This document shows, one piece after another, positions 25,668-40,526 of a stretch of DNA of 64,000 bases; within the stretch, counting starts at the first letter, position 1, and the number at the start of each line of letters is the position of its first letter. The stretch is from positions 153,512,001-153,576,000 of the forward strand of contig OZ024743.1 of assembly GCA_964016885.1 (NCBI GenBank), read 5' to 3'. Under the pieces are notes generated by a model, which searched no databases, was not told the DNA's origin, and saw nothing but the letters and a program-made list of their open reading frames with translations. The position numbers and the translations under genes are program-made. This DNA is from Eledone cirrhosa (lineage: Eukaryota).

Positions 25668-27975
25668 AGAATTTTTAGTTTGAAAACCATGACAATCTGA
25701 AATGGACGGATAAACAAACAAGTCTGATGAAACAAGATGTCATGAGTTTTTTACATTAATTTATTTATATGTCCTCATATTTCGAGATTAAGATCTCTTC
25801 TTGCTAGGAAAATAAAAGTGATTAATACAGTGTCTGATGAAGCATGCTATATTATGCTAGAGGAAGTGGTTTTATTATTTTATTTGCAGCCCAAATTGAA
25901 GAACGATTCAACACCATCAGGTCTGACATCTGCTGCAGAAGACAACTTCCAAACAAATTAGCAATAACTTTATCACTAGAAATAGTAGACTGCCCACTTT
26001 CTACCAACTCATTAAGACCCATAAAAATAATATTAAACTCCAAATTAGACCTATTGTCTCCATCATAGAAAAACCGCTATATAAAATTTCCTGTCTCCTC
26101 ACCCAGATCCTTAAGCCTGTACTCTTGACCTTTTCTGAGCTTGTCAGTAGCTCTGATGAAGTTATACAAAGACTGCCACATCCAACCAGAACAACGTAGA
26201 TTCAATAGGTACGCCTTTAGACTTGATGTTGTCTTCCTCTACACCACGGTCCCCTCTCACCCAGCAGTCAACCTATTGACTGAGTGCATAGTCTCTGAAA
26301 ACATATACTGCTATGGCCTCCATCCGGCAGACATACCCCAGCTTCTAGCCATCACAGTGGATAATATCTACTTCACCTGCCACCACTACACATACAGACA
26401 AACACCAGGACTACCCTTGGGATCCAGCCTATCCAGCCTGCTGGTCATTAATTAAATTAACCAGCTAGAACGTTGGGGCCTCAACACCTACCACTCCTGT
26501 GCCCTTTTCACCAGATATGTAGATGACATACTCATTCTTAAACCATCCCATGAGGAAGCAGACAGGATATACACAACATTCTTCAGCATGGACGTTAACA
26601 TACAGTTCAGCATGGAAATCCCAATGACACTTGATCACTTTCCCTGCTTGACTTTCAACTCAAGGTAACGGAAGAAGATGGATTTCACACCAGCTTCTAC
26701 AGGAAAGCCACCAGCAGGGACCTGTTCATTCATTATAAATACTCCTTCCCCCTTGGTGCCTAGTCTGGATATATAAGAAACGAACTGATACTTATTCGGA
26801 GTAAATGCAGCACTACAGGGGCTCGAGACATGCACACCACACACTTCTTGCAAGAGCTGAAGCTAAACTGTTATTCGACATCCACTTTTGACCCAAGTTA
26901 GAAACAAAAAACACTGCAGTCAAAGCATGAACTCCACCAACACCTACTTCCTGAAGCTACCACATTTAAGCCATCCAAAGAGAGGGGCTAGACCTACAAT
27001 TGGCGCACTCCGGCCCTTCACTACACAGACAACGATCTAGGAAACAACCTAGAGACCACAACAGACACTGCACACTGGCTAACTGCCCCATCAATAACAC
27101 AGACATATGGAATCAATCATACGTCGTGTACTGAGTGCAGTGTGAAAATGTAATGACTTCTATATAGGCAGCACCACCACTCACCCACACATCACCATTA
27201 ATTAACATAGTAACATTAATGCTTCCTCATTCAAAAAACACTTAGGGACATGCAAAAACACTAACAAAGACATAGGGTGTTAAGGTAGAAAACAAAGAAA
27301 GAAATCTTGGCAACCTAAGAATATAGGAAGCACACCCACTTGAATTGAACACACAATACCTAACATAGAATTAGGCATACAACACCTAACTTATAATACC
27401 ACTGGACTTTATACATAAGGGTATACATGTGCCAGCTTGCGACCATGTAGGAACGTAATTATATACCTATACATGTACATTTGTGCATGTGTAAGTGTGG
27501 GCTAATTTGCTTGTGTCAGAAGACACTCACCTACGAGATTATTTATCAGTGAGATAATGTGTATGTGCATGTATGTGCTTACACGATTATATTCATGCAT
27601 GTATGAGTTTATGAATTTGCTTTTGCGTACACATATGTGCCTGTACCTGTGTGTCAGTGTGTACTTGTATGTATGTATTTATGTAGATTTAAAAAGAAAT
27701 AACTCTCTGTCCCTTTTGGCCTATCAAGACAATTAATTTTATTGAAACAAAAGAGGTTGAAAAAAACTAAACCACGTCAACCAACATGGTATAGCATGCT
27801 TCATTGGACACTGGATTAGTCACTATTATTTTCCTCAGAAGAATAGATCTTAATCTCGAAATATCAGGGCATATAAACAAATTAAAGTAAAAAACACATA
27901 GCATCTTGTTTCATCCGACTTGTTTGTTTATCCGTCCATTTCTCATTGTCATGGATTTCAAACTTCGAATTCTTT
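25668..27975 (+). mobile_element. Decayed Penelope/Poseidon-type PLE with ~200-bp inverted terminal pLTR segments
   Basis: Motifs FRLDVVFLYTTVP, YRQTPGLPLGSSLS, RYVDDILI, FYRKATSRDLFIHYK, then CPINN...VVY..QC..CNDFYIGSTT (GIY-YIG). 25668-25880 is an inverted copy of 27770-27975. Confidence 0.88.
27833..27868 (+). ncRNA. Degenerate minimal hammerhead in PLE pLTR (mirror copy at ~25772-25808)
   Basis: CCT-CAGAAGA(core mutated)-A-tAGAT CTTA ATCTC-GAAA-TA-TC-AGG. The inverted copy restores helix II GAGAT/ATCTC. Confidence 0.6.
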
Positions 27976-28013
27976 ATACCATATACAATGCTTCAAGTAA
28001 ACTACAAATTCCT

Positions 28014-28015
<2 letters not shown>

Positions 28016-28094
<79 letters not shown>
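28016..28094. repeat. (TA)n microsatellite
   Basis: Direct reading. Confidence 0.98.
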
Positions 28095-28095
<1 letters not shown>

Positions 28096-28182
28096 GGACA
28101 AATTTGAACAGGGACAAAACAGAGAGGCAGTACAACGAATGTTTATTAATTTCACGCTCTGGAGAGTGGGGTGTTGGTGGGG

Positions 28183-28216
28183 GACGACGTTTCGGGCATA
28201 AGCCCTTCCTCAGGTG
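28183..28216 (-). ncRNA. Minimal PLE-type hammerhead motif within a TA-flanked element (28095-28975)
   Basis: Reverse strand: CAC-CTGAGGA-A-GGGC TTAT GCCC-GAAA-CG-TC-GTC. Loopless palindromic helix III (ACGT), GUC triplet, short helix I. Confidence 0.7.
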
Positions 28217-28972
28217 AGAAGTGTGTGGGAACAGAGTTCAAAGAGTGTGTAGGGGAGTGGTGGAGAGACATATAGCGAAAGGAAACGGTGCGAAGGAAAA
28301 AAATAAAAATAAAAATAAAAATAAAGCATGATCAAAATACAAGGAATGAAATAAATTTAAATATAAAAGCATGATCAAAATAAACTGAAATTAAAAGGGG
28401 GGTAAAACAGGTGGTGGAAGGGTGTGGGGTGTGTAGGGGTGGTGGCGGGTGGAGTGGGGAGAGGGAGACGGGGTGTCCGAGCGGGGAGGGCTGAAGGTGG
28501 TGTGTGTGTGTGTGTAGGTGTACGTGTGTGTGTGCGTGTGTGTATGTGAAAGTAAGGGTTGGGGGAAGAACGAGGTTGCATGTTCAGGATGAGGTGTGTG
28601 TGTGGGGGGGGGGGGTTTGTGGGTCGGAGTGTCTGTGCGTGTGTGGATAGAGGGGTGGGGGGAGAGGAATCAGGAGGCTGAGGGTGTAAATATGTGGTGG
28701 AAAGCACGTGTGTGGGGTTTAAGCGTGTTGTGGGTGTAGGTGGCGTGTGGAGAAAAAAATTCTTTTGGTGTGTGTGTGTGGGTGAGTTATATAGGTGATT
28801 ACGTAAGAGGATGGTTGAAAAGTTGGTAAAATGCAAAGGTGTTTAGTGGATTGTGTGCTGGTCAATTTCTGCGTGCGAGTATTCCATGAAGCGATGGTCG
28901 GAAGAGGAGAGATGTAGGGTGCGCGCGCAACAGGAAGTGGTCAAGCAGTGGGAGTGCTGTGTGTCTGTTTGT

Positions 28973-29062
<90 letters not shown>

Positions 29063-29081
29063 CATTCACACGCAGAGACAC

Positions 29082-29119
<38 letters not shown>

Positions 29120-29136
29120 AATATATATATATATAT

Positions 29137-29477
29137 GTCTTGAAATTTAGTCCGCCCTTGCTTCTTTTCCATTCACTGAATTATTTTTGTTTGAGATCCA
29201 TGTGTCCGCCTAACGCCTGGGATCTTAGCAGAGAATTGACTCCCTGATGAAGAAAGGAATTCTCCATGGTTTTGACACTATATATATCCCTTTTCAGAAA
29301 CTAATTAGTTGGAGTGAAACTTAAGTAAGTAAGTTAATTATTATAATTTTCTTATTTTACGTCTTTCATATAATTGTTCTACATTTTTGTATTGAACCAC
29401 AAAGTTACTAAGACGAAACCTATATCTTGCTAGCATTAGTATACTTCTGTATAAATATGTTGGTAGATATACTAATT

Positions 29478-29482
<5 letters not shown>
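29137..29482 (+). mobile_element. Non-coding HHR repeat family X, partial copy 1
   Basis: Homologous to 35539-36332 and 44975-45510; flanked by TA repeats. Confidence 0.85.
29239..29315 (+). ncRNA. Type I hammerhead ribozyme motif (family X)
   Basis: ACTCC-CTGATGA-aGAAAGG...CCTTTTCa-GAAA-CTAATTAG-TT-GGAGT. Confidence 0.8.
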
Positions 29483-29514
<32 letters not shown>

Positions 29515-29518
<4 letters not shown>

Positions 29519-30625
29519 GGGAGTATAGCTAAGAAGTATATTCTTATTTTGGGGACCTTGAAAAGGCATTTGACTATGTTCCTCGGGAACTGATGGTCAG
29601 CTTTTAGCTGCCCTGATGTCTCTATACGAATGCCCGTGTAGTTGTGCTTGGATAAATGGTGCTAAATCAAAACCATTGAATGTGGAAGTTTGACTCCACC
29701 AAGAGTGCATACTGTCACCTTTCGTATTCATTATTTACATGAAGGGGATTGACATATGCAGCCCAGTTTGAAGTGGCATCATGACTGGTGGGTGTAAAAT
29801 CAGTCGGTCGTAATTTGGAGACAACTTGGTGTTACTTAACTCGACAGAAGAAAATCTTTGACTTGCACTTGCTAGGTTTGCTGTTGAGTGCTGCATGGCT
29901 AGAATGTAAATCAGTCCTGTGAAAACTGAGACATTGGTCCGCTTAAGGAACCCTGCACAGTGCATGCTATATGTGAATGGAGTTTCACTGAAGCAGGTAG
30001 ATAACTTCAAGTATCTCGAGGCTGTGTTCATGAGTGATGGAAGGCAGGAGGCTGAATTAAATGTAAGAATTGCTGGAGCTGGTGCTGTAATGTGCCAGCT
30101 TCCATATTCAGTAATCAAATGGGAGGTAGGCGTAAAAGCTAAAATCGCTATCTTCAATTTGTTTTTTGTGCCAACCCTTACCTATGGTCATGAATCTTTG
30201 GTAATGACCGAATTAATATGATTGCGAATACAGGTGGCAGAAATGGGATTCCTCTGAAGGGTCTTTAGAATAACATTACTCGATAAAATATGTAACTCAG
30301 AGATTAGAGAGTCACTCCATGTAGAGCCAGTACTTCTCTGAATTGAAAGATCACAGCTCTGATACTATAGGCATGTGGCTACAATGTCTCAGGAAAGAAT
30401 TTCTGGAGAGATTTGATGGGTAAAACTAACTGGCAGGAGACCCATGGGTAGACCCCGACCAAGAGGGTTGGATAACATCCATGAGCTTGACTGGTGTCAC
30501 TTGGGGGTCCAGCTGGATCAATTTGAGATGGTTGCTTCTGTCAGGACTTACTGAAAGGAGTGTTTGAGGACTCTGCCTCCACAACCCTCCCAGGAATAAT
30601 TGGGCAAAGAAGTAGAAAAGAAGAT
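29515..30625 (+). mobile_element. 5'-truncated decayed RTE LINE (Expander/Rex3-like)
   Basis: DLEKAFDYVPRE, FKYLEAVFMSDGRQEAE, FVPTLTYGHESLVMTE, GRRPMGRPR. Confidence 0.82.
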
Positions 30626-31896
30626 ATATACATATATATGTGCGTGTGTTATAAGGAGTTGGGGTCCAACTGATGTACTCTTGTTTGATTAGATGTTACA
30701 CTGATTCTATCTGAGTATTAAATTATGAGTATAAATGTTTGTGGAATACTTAGCTGCTTGTACTATAATATATTTAATTATCAATTAAATGTATTTATAA
30801 CAATTAGCAGAGTCGTTAAACATTGGATAGAGTGCTTTGTGGTATTCATTCCAACATCCTTTTCTTGGAGTTCAAATCCCAACTTCGCTTTTCATCCTTT
30901 TGAGTTCAATAAAAAAATGTAGCAGCCTAGTATTAAGGTTGATTCTTCCCTTATGTCTCCTTCTCTAGCTTCTTTCTATCACTCTCTATCCTTCTCTAGA
31001 TGAAATCTGCTGTGTTCAGACCTGGAGAAGAGATGGAATCTGCCAGGTTTACAAATGCCCCCAAGAAAAGATATTTACCCTTATGACTTCATCAGGATAT
31101 ATGGTTCCAAACCATACCATAACATAACAAACATGTAGTTATCAAATTAAATTGTTTGTAGTACTTAAATTAGTGTTAAAATATTTAATATAGAGAGGCA
31201 TTAAGAATCCAATTAGAAATAATTATGTGTGTAGGATAAAACATATCATTTGATGATTGGAACTGTGATAAGTTTTGTAAGGAAAAGACCAATAGGACAT
31301 AGTTTTCTTGGTCTGAACTGATGATTGGCCCATTTAAAATGTGGTGGAGAATGCATGAGTTAACTTTGTACTGCTTCTTTGTTCCCTTGAAGTGAACATC
31401 ACTTTTCAAAGATCACAGCGAGTAGAATTACCCAACAATATTTGGCAAAGCACTATGTCACAGATCTATGATCTGAATGAGCTAACTAATATTATTTTAA
31501 ATATTTTCACTACGTAAGATAATTTATGATATGATTCAGTCTGAGTATGTCCAGCTATAAATGTGGCATGCAATCATCTTGTTGAATAGGAAAATTGAAG
31601 TTATAATGCAATGGTATGGACTTTCAAATGTATTTTTTTGTGTCGGTTTAATCAACTGAACTATCTAATTGTTGAACTATAGTGTATGTGGCTGAGCATT
31701 CCACAAGCATTTAATGTAATTTTATGCAGAATTTGTCTGACACAGTGTATGCCAAAACAAGCACTTTTATTTGCACTACATTTTAAGTAGTTCATTCATC
31801 TTTATTCTTTATTCTCCTCACCATAACTATCTATGAGTTTAAACAAACTCTTAGCTATTTAAACCAAGTTTTAAAAGAATATATATATAGATATAT

Positions 31897-32022
<126 letters not shown>

Positions 32023-32487
32023 TGATTGATAGCTGTGTGTGTGTGTTTGCATAAAATTTATGACATAATGAAAAGAAGTGTAGAAAATACTCATCAAAAC
32101 GTAGCATAAATATATATGAGCTAATTGACAGTCTGGTCAGAATTTCCCACTGTAGTAATAACTGATATCAGAAATATAGCCATGCAATTAGCTCATCAAT
32201 TATACAATCTAATACTGGCACTTCTATTACTAACACATTAATTCTGCCAATAAATAAATCTGCTGAATCACATTTCATTATGACTAAAGTTTGTGGATGG
32301 GAACTTTATTGATTTCTTTTCAGTTAATGCAAGGCCAATTTTGTAACAGTGAATATAACCAACTCATATATTCATGTGCATGCGTATACATATATAAATA
32401 CACATATATATATATTATTAACGAGAAGAGAAAAAATAGAGAAAATATACCTAATTTTTTCTTCATGGCAGTTTTGTCAATAGCTAT

Positions 32488-32748
32488 GCATCTATAGTGC
32501 AACGAAAGTGCACCAATGCCATGAGTTTATAGACTTCTCAAGTGACCCCTCAACTGAAAGAAATAGTTCTTAAAATGATCATTATGTGTAAAACATTTTC
32601 GGGAGCGAAAATTACCATGGGGTATAGTGGTCACAGATGGTTCACTCGTAACGGTCAGTTTAAAAATTATTCTTTTCACTTGAGGGGTCACTTGAGAAGC
32701 CGATAACCTCATGGCCTCTGGGAACCTTCATTGCACTATAACTGCATA
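32488..32748. repeat. Diverged fold-back (~110-bp arms), MITE-like or old inverted duplication
   Basis: CTTCTCAAGTGACCCCTCAA / TTGAGGGGTCACTTGAGAAG core, with flanking imperfect complementarity. Confidence 0.75.
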
Positions 32749-32775
32749 ACAATTGGTGAAACGTTACAGTCTGTC

Positions 32776-33950
32776 CAAACACGCATACACACACAAACAC
32801 GAAATAGACATATATAGATAACCATATACACGAATACCAGTATAAATAATATATACACCTATAACAAATACAAGCATATATACGTACGAGAAAGTATACG
32901 TACCTAACAAAACATACGGGTATGGTATATTTACATATACAAATAAGACCATGCGATATTTGCGCCGCTGAAGCTCTGGAAATACTCTACGCCAATGATC
33001 ACATCTTAAAGAAAAAATCTGAGGCAATTTCGGCTTGGAAATACAAATTGCATAACACTTTCCTGTATTACAGCCCCACATTATACCCTAACGGATAATA
33101 CGAACAATACGCGGATAATTTACGTCTTGATGTGTTAGCTAAGTATATTTTATGTTTATACCATTACTTATTTGTATAGGTAAGTATACCTTACCCGTAT
33201 GTTTTGTAGAGGTGCGTATACTTTCTCGTACGTATATATGTTTGTATATGTTATAGGTGTATATATTATTTATACTGGTATGTGTGTATATGGTTATGTG
33301 TATTTCGTGTTTGTGTGTGTATACGTGTTTGCACGTATGTAAGGTGTGTATATGTCTACATTGAGTTTTGGTATATGTACATTTGGTTTACATATGTGTA
33401 TTTACCTGTAGGTATGTGTGTGTGCGTTACATACGTATTTATCTGTGTATATTTATATACGTTTATATAATTATATGTATATGCACACACACACATACAC
33501 ACACATATATATTTTTATGTGTATTTGGTGTATACGTTCGTATGTGTGCGGGTACATATGTCGCGCGGGTTTACGTATGTGTACGCGTGTTTATGTGTAC
33601 GTGCATGTATATGCATGCATGGTGTGTGTTTTCACGGATGCACGTGTATGTACGTATATAGATGTGTATATGTATATATTTAATTATTCTTACTTTTATG
33701 ATTTTAATAACCTTTGTCATTTTCGTTCTGCTAATTTATTTACATTTTTCTTAACTCCGAAGCCGAAAATGACTCTGTTTCCTAAATAGAATATTAGTCT
33801 ATGACTCCATTTATACCATAAACGTAGTTTTGTCTTTGTGTGTATTTGTTATTACCGCTCCACATAAATACGTATTATCTCCGCTTTTTTCCCGTTCATT
33901 GCCAGGGAACGTCTTCACCGACCAAAGTATCGTCTTCCTGCTATGCTTCG
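32776..33950 (+). mobile_element. Heavily 5'-truncated PLE with inverted 5' duplication
   Basis: 32945-33090 encodes PCDICAAEALEILYANDHILKKKSEAISAWKYKLHNTF, which matches the C-terminus of the 40527 ORF. 32776-32946 is an inverted copy of 33169-33331. Confidence 0.75.
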
Positions 33951-34149
33951 GTTGCAACGTTTTTCGAAATATTTACTTCTGCGTTCACAGATTGATTTTT
34001 CTAGTTTCAGAAGATCCCGTTAAGGGTGAAAGCAGTGATTCTTTGTTTAATCTGTTATTTTAATAAATATTTGCTCTAGGGTTCTTATATATTTGATATA
34101 TATTTATCCTTATCGAGCCCTCTTTGGATTTTAGTCTTCACATATATTA

Positions 34150-34830
<681 letters not shown>

Positions 34831-34835
34831 ATTAT

Positions 34836-34893
<58 letters not shown>

Positions 34894-34896
34894 ATA

Positions 34897-35495
34897 TGGT
34901 GGCTGCCAACTCGTTTTCGAGTATGGCCACTACTTTATATCCATGTAAGAGAACCCCTACTGATGGGCTGAACGAGTGTGACTTTTTAGTCCAGCCAGCG
35001 ACTTGAAAACTCTGGTACAAACACTACACTTGTGACAATTATTGACACATAGTGCTGGGCCCATTGTACCATATGACGACAAGTGAAGAGAGATCTCCAG
35101 ATATAAATCAATGCCTGTGCCGTGAAGCTTTTATAGTGAGCAAAGGCACTGCACAAAACCAGTCCCACTCTCTTAACCAAGATGATATTTACCAAAATGA
35201 AAAACTAGTCAACATCATTGGATACCATCAGTGTTATATCAGAGTTTTCCTTCTCCTAGAATTCTGCCTTGACAAAGGCTAAGGGGTCATCTCCCCCGGT
35301 GATTTTCGATGGCCATTGACTCTTAAGAGCTCCTTTCCCCTCTGACAGGTTTGGTTTTTAGTCGTGCAGGATGTCCAAAGTCACCCTCCTCACCAAGAAA
35401 CCTTGGTGGGGTTGCCAGTTTAGTCGGCAACGACCCGACCATGAGACAGGTTGTACTGGGATACATGTTACCAGTAGCACCAACTGGTGACCTGA
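34897..35495. other. Unassigned GC-richer repeat fragment between TA tracts (possibly a LINE 5'UTR on the - strand)
   Basis: Composition shift and TA flanks; no recognisable protein motif. Confidence 0.3.
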
Positions 35496-35538
35496 CATAT
35501 ATGTATATATATGTATACATACATATATATATATATAT

Positions 35539-36331
35539 AAAGAATTAGTATATCTACCAACATATATATACAGATGCATATCTATGCTAGCAAATATATA
35601 GGTTTTGCCTTAGTAACTTTGTGGTTCAATGCAAGGGGATGCAGAACAATAATATGAAAGAGGTAAAATAAGAAAATTATAAAAATTAATTTACTTACTA
35701 AAATTTCACTCCAACTAATTAGTTTCTGAAAAGGAATAAACATGGTTTCCGAATGGAACATCATCGAGAAATCCTTTCGTTATCAGGGAAGTCTATTCTC
35801 AGCTAAGTTCCCAGGCAATGCGTGGACACAGGGAACTTATACAAAAATAATTCAGTGGATGGAAAAAAGCAAAGCGTGGACTAAGTTCCAATACATTGAA
35901 AAAATCACTGCCTACTTGGTCGGTGGCAAATTAAAAAGAATCAATCACGTGACATCGAGGTTAATCAGTGAGGAGTGGTGTGTTAAGAGGACAGCAGCCG
36001 AACCATTACTATAGTAGCAGTTTTGGCAAATTTCTCCGCGTTGTTCCATTCGGAAACCATGTTTATTCCCTTTCAGAAACTAATTAGTTGGAGTGAAATT
36101 TTAGTAAGTAAGTTAATTTTTATAATTTTCTTATTTTACGTCTTTCATATTATTGTATGCATCCCCTTGCATTGAACCACAAAGTTACTAAGACAAAACC
36201 TGCATATTTGCTAGCATAGGTATGCATCTGTATATATATGTTGGTAGATATACTAATTCTTTATAATTATCTCCAAATTATTTTGTTGAGCAAAAATTTG
36301 CCAAAACTGCTACTATGGTAATGGTTCGGCT

Positions 36332-36332
<1 letters not shown>
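35539..36332. mobile_element. Family X copy 2: near-full monomer on - strand (35539-36035) joined to an inverted partial copy on + strand (36040-36332)
   Basis: 35539-35760 is mirrored by 36040-36265. An HHR lies on the - strand at ~35708-35792 (core CTGATAA, mutated), and the 3' half of the HHR is repeated at 36076-36094. Confidence 0.88.
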
Positions 36333-37231
<899 letters not shown>

Positions 37232-37232
<1 letters not shown>

Positions 37233-39955
37233 ATTCAGTCAAACTAACAACCTAATAGTAGTTGGGCTCTATAGGCCACCCCAAACGCCTCTACGATGAT
37301 TCAAGGAATGCCTCAACAGCATAAAGTGTTTCATCCAAGAGTGTCACCCTGGCAACATCTTAATGATAGGGGACTTTAACCTCCCCGGAGATGACTGGTC
37401 CACAAACAGCCTGCCACCAGGTTCTTCTGCCTCAACCTCTGACAGCGAAGCAGTGGAATCGCTTCTTGACTTCATGGATGATTTCTTCCTGTCCCAACTG
37501 GTGCTCAAACCAACGAGGTGCCACAGAAACGTCCTAGACTTAATTTTCAGCAATCACACTGACACTATCCACAATATTGCAGTGGAGAAAACTCTACTCT
37601 CTGATCATGACATGGTTCTCTGTGATTTGAGATTCCACCGTCCAATATACAAACCCAATGTCATCTCTCCTGTCCATCCGTTTGAAGCTATGGATTTCCA
37701 CAATGCAAACTGGGAAGCGATCAGTCATGATCTTGCACATGTCGACTGGTCCTTCATGCACACTCACACACCCACTAACATCAAAAATTCCTGGCAGACA
37801 TTTGTGGACACTGTTACAAACATATGTGCAAAACACACCCCATTCAGAACTGTAAACAAATCTAAGAGCAGAATCCCTAGAAATAGAAAAACGCTCATCA
37901 GGAACATTAAGAGAGCTAACAAAGAAATCAACAACCTGAAATACTGTCAGCAGCAACACATCAACTTGACTGCCATTTGATCACTAGAGATTAAAAAAAA
38001 ATCCTCCAAAACAATATGTCTATCATCAACAATCAGAGAAGAGCTGAAGAGGCCTGGGCCATTGAGAAGATCGAACTCAATCCCAAAATGTTCTTTTCAT
38101 TTGCAAAAAAAACCACAAAATCACTGGCTCTACTGTTGGCCCTCTAATTGATGAAAATGGCACTCTTCAAGACAATGCTAAAACCATGGGTGAGATACTG
38201 CAGAAATAATACTGCTCTGTTTTCAGCAATCCTGATATGACTGATCTGGGCTGTATCGGCGATGTTACTCCCGCTACACCTTATCGGACATAACGTTTGG
38301 CGCCCTGATGTCTTAGCGGCAATAAAGGAAGTCAAGCATAATTCAGCAGTAGGTCCCAATAGGTTCCCTGCTTGTGTCTTGAAGGCGTGTCAACACCAAC
38401 TTGCATCTCCTCTTGCCAATCTGTGGCGGAACTCACTGGATGCTGGATATCTGTCAGAAAACCTTCTATCCCAGTCTGTTGTCTCAGTTTTCAAAAAAGG
38501 AAACAAATTCCTTGCTGTGAATTACCGGCCAATCTCACTCACCTCTCATATCATTAAGGTATTTGAGAGAGTGGTGAGATCGCGAATGACTCACTTCATT
38601 GAGAGTAACAATATGCTGAACTCCAAACAGCATGGATTCCGTAATGGAAGGGATTGCCTGATGCAGCTACTGCATCCCTTTGATGACATTTTGAGAGCCT
38701 TGGGAGAGGGTTCCAACACTGATGTTATCTACCTTGATTTCAGCAAGGCCTTTGACAGGGTTGATCACATTCTACTGAGAAAGCTGTCCAATATTGGTGT
38801 CACTGGAAAGCTGCTGCAGTGGATTAAGTGCTTCCTGTCAAACAGAACCCAACATGTTGTAGTGGAAGGAATCAAATCCAGCCCAGCCAAAGTCAGTAGT
38901 GGGGTCCCACAAGGCACTGTGTTGGGTCCACTTCTCTTCATCATCTATATTAATGACATCACTGATATCATCAAACACAGCAACATTAGAATTTTCGCTA
39001 ATGATTCCAAGCTCCAAAAGGTCATCAATGGCATGGATGACCGGATAAGCCTTCAGTCAGACCTACTGGCTGTTACCCAATGGGCGGAAAAGAACAACAT
39101 GTTACTGAACGAAGACAAATTCGAACTGATCCACTTTGGAAAAGAGAATGCTCTGAAACTCCCGTACTCACTTCCCTCCAGTGAAACTCTCGTGCCATCT
39201 AACAACATCAGAGACTTGGGAGTAACCGTGGACAGCAACATAAGCTGGGCCACGCATATAAGCAGCAAAGTTGACATGGCCCACAGAATGTGTCCCTGGA
39301 TCCTCAGAACCTTCCAGTCGAGAGATTCCCACACCATTATCCTTCTCTTCTCCACTTTTGCCCGACCACACCTTGAATACTGTTGTCCACTGTGGTCTCC
39401 CCACACGAAACAAAGTATCATGAAACTTGAAGCTCCCCAAAGGACAATCACGAAAAAGATAGATGGCATGTCAGACCTTGACCACTGGGGTCGATTAGAA
39501 AAGCTGAAACTTTACGCACTCTAACGTCGCCGTGAGCGTTATATTATCTGCATGATGTGGAAAATGTTTCATCAGCACTGCCCAAATGATGTTGGCATCA
39601 CCCAAGGCTTGGGCCCCGTGCTATCCGTCCCAAACAAAAATCTAAATCGCAACTCATACCACAATACGGCACAATTATTTCACCTCAATTGGCCATGCTC
39701 TCTTCAACATCACACCAGGACATGTCAAAACAGAAACTGACCACACAAAATTCAAGAAGTCTTTGGACAAATTCATTCAAGTAATCCCGGACAAACCACC
39801 CACACCCGGATATGTCTCCGCAAACAGTAATTCTCTTCTCGAATGGGCCATGGTGCCCAAATCCTGAATTGAAAGACTTCGCCAGGTGGTGCTATTAAGT
39901 TAGACATGTCCTGGGACAATACTGGCCAAAACATTTCAAAGTTATTCAATGTTAT
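37232..39955 (+). mobile_element. 5'-truncated CR1-like LINE (APE endonuclease + RT), disrupted
   Basis: IGDFN, VLDLIF, SDHD (APE); NYRPISLTS, QHGFR, YLDFSKAFDRVDH, SGVPQGTVLGPLLF, FAND (FADD mutated), RPHLEYCCPLWSP. Frameshifts and stops present; TA tracts on both sides. Confidence 0.9.
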
Positions 39956-39961
39956 ATAATA

Positions 39962-40020
<59 letters not shown>

Positions 40021-40031
40021 ATATATGTATA

Positions 40032-40122
<91 letters not shown>

Positions 40123-40526
40123 GTATATGTATATATATATATATGTATATATATGTATATATATGTATATGTATATATATATATGTATTGCGTTGAAATA
40201 TCAATGATGGTTGGTAAATCACTGACGAAGGACTAATTTTATCATATGTAACCCATGTGCAACCACGCAGTATTCTTCTTTCTTCTCATGTTTTTTATAT
40301 ATATATATATATGTATATATATATGATATCCCTGAAATATATATAATGAAATAAATATGGTTTTATAAATATAGTTTCCATTTGTTTAATATCGTAAATC
40401 TACTCCAAATCTTGTTGAGTGCTTTTATATCAGTTATAAAATATTTACTCGTTGTAATTTTAAATAAAACGTTTGCATATATTTTGCTCCAATACTGTTG
40501 AGCGCTTTATATTATAACTGAAAAAA

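Noticed and set aside
25724-25845. Two CTGATGA hits on the + strand
   Set aside because: No downstream GAAA or helix partners, and they are not conserved in the other pLTR copy. The real motif is on the opposite strand.
34897-35495. HDV-like ribozyme in a putative LINE 5'UTR
   Set aside because: Hairpins are present, but I could not assemble the nested double pseudoknot.
35742-36014. 90-aa ORF in family X copy 2
   Set aside because: Antisense to the ribozyme strand, no recognisable domain, and not reported as an ORF in copy 3.
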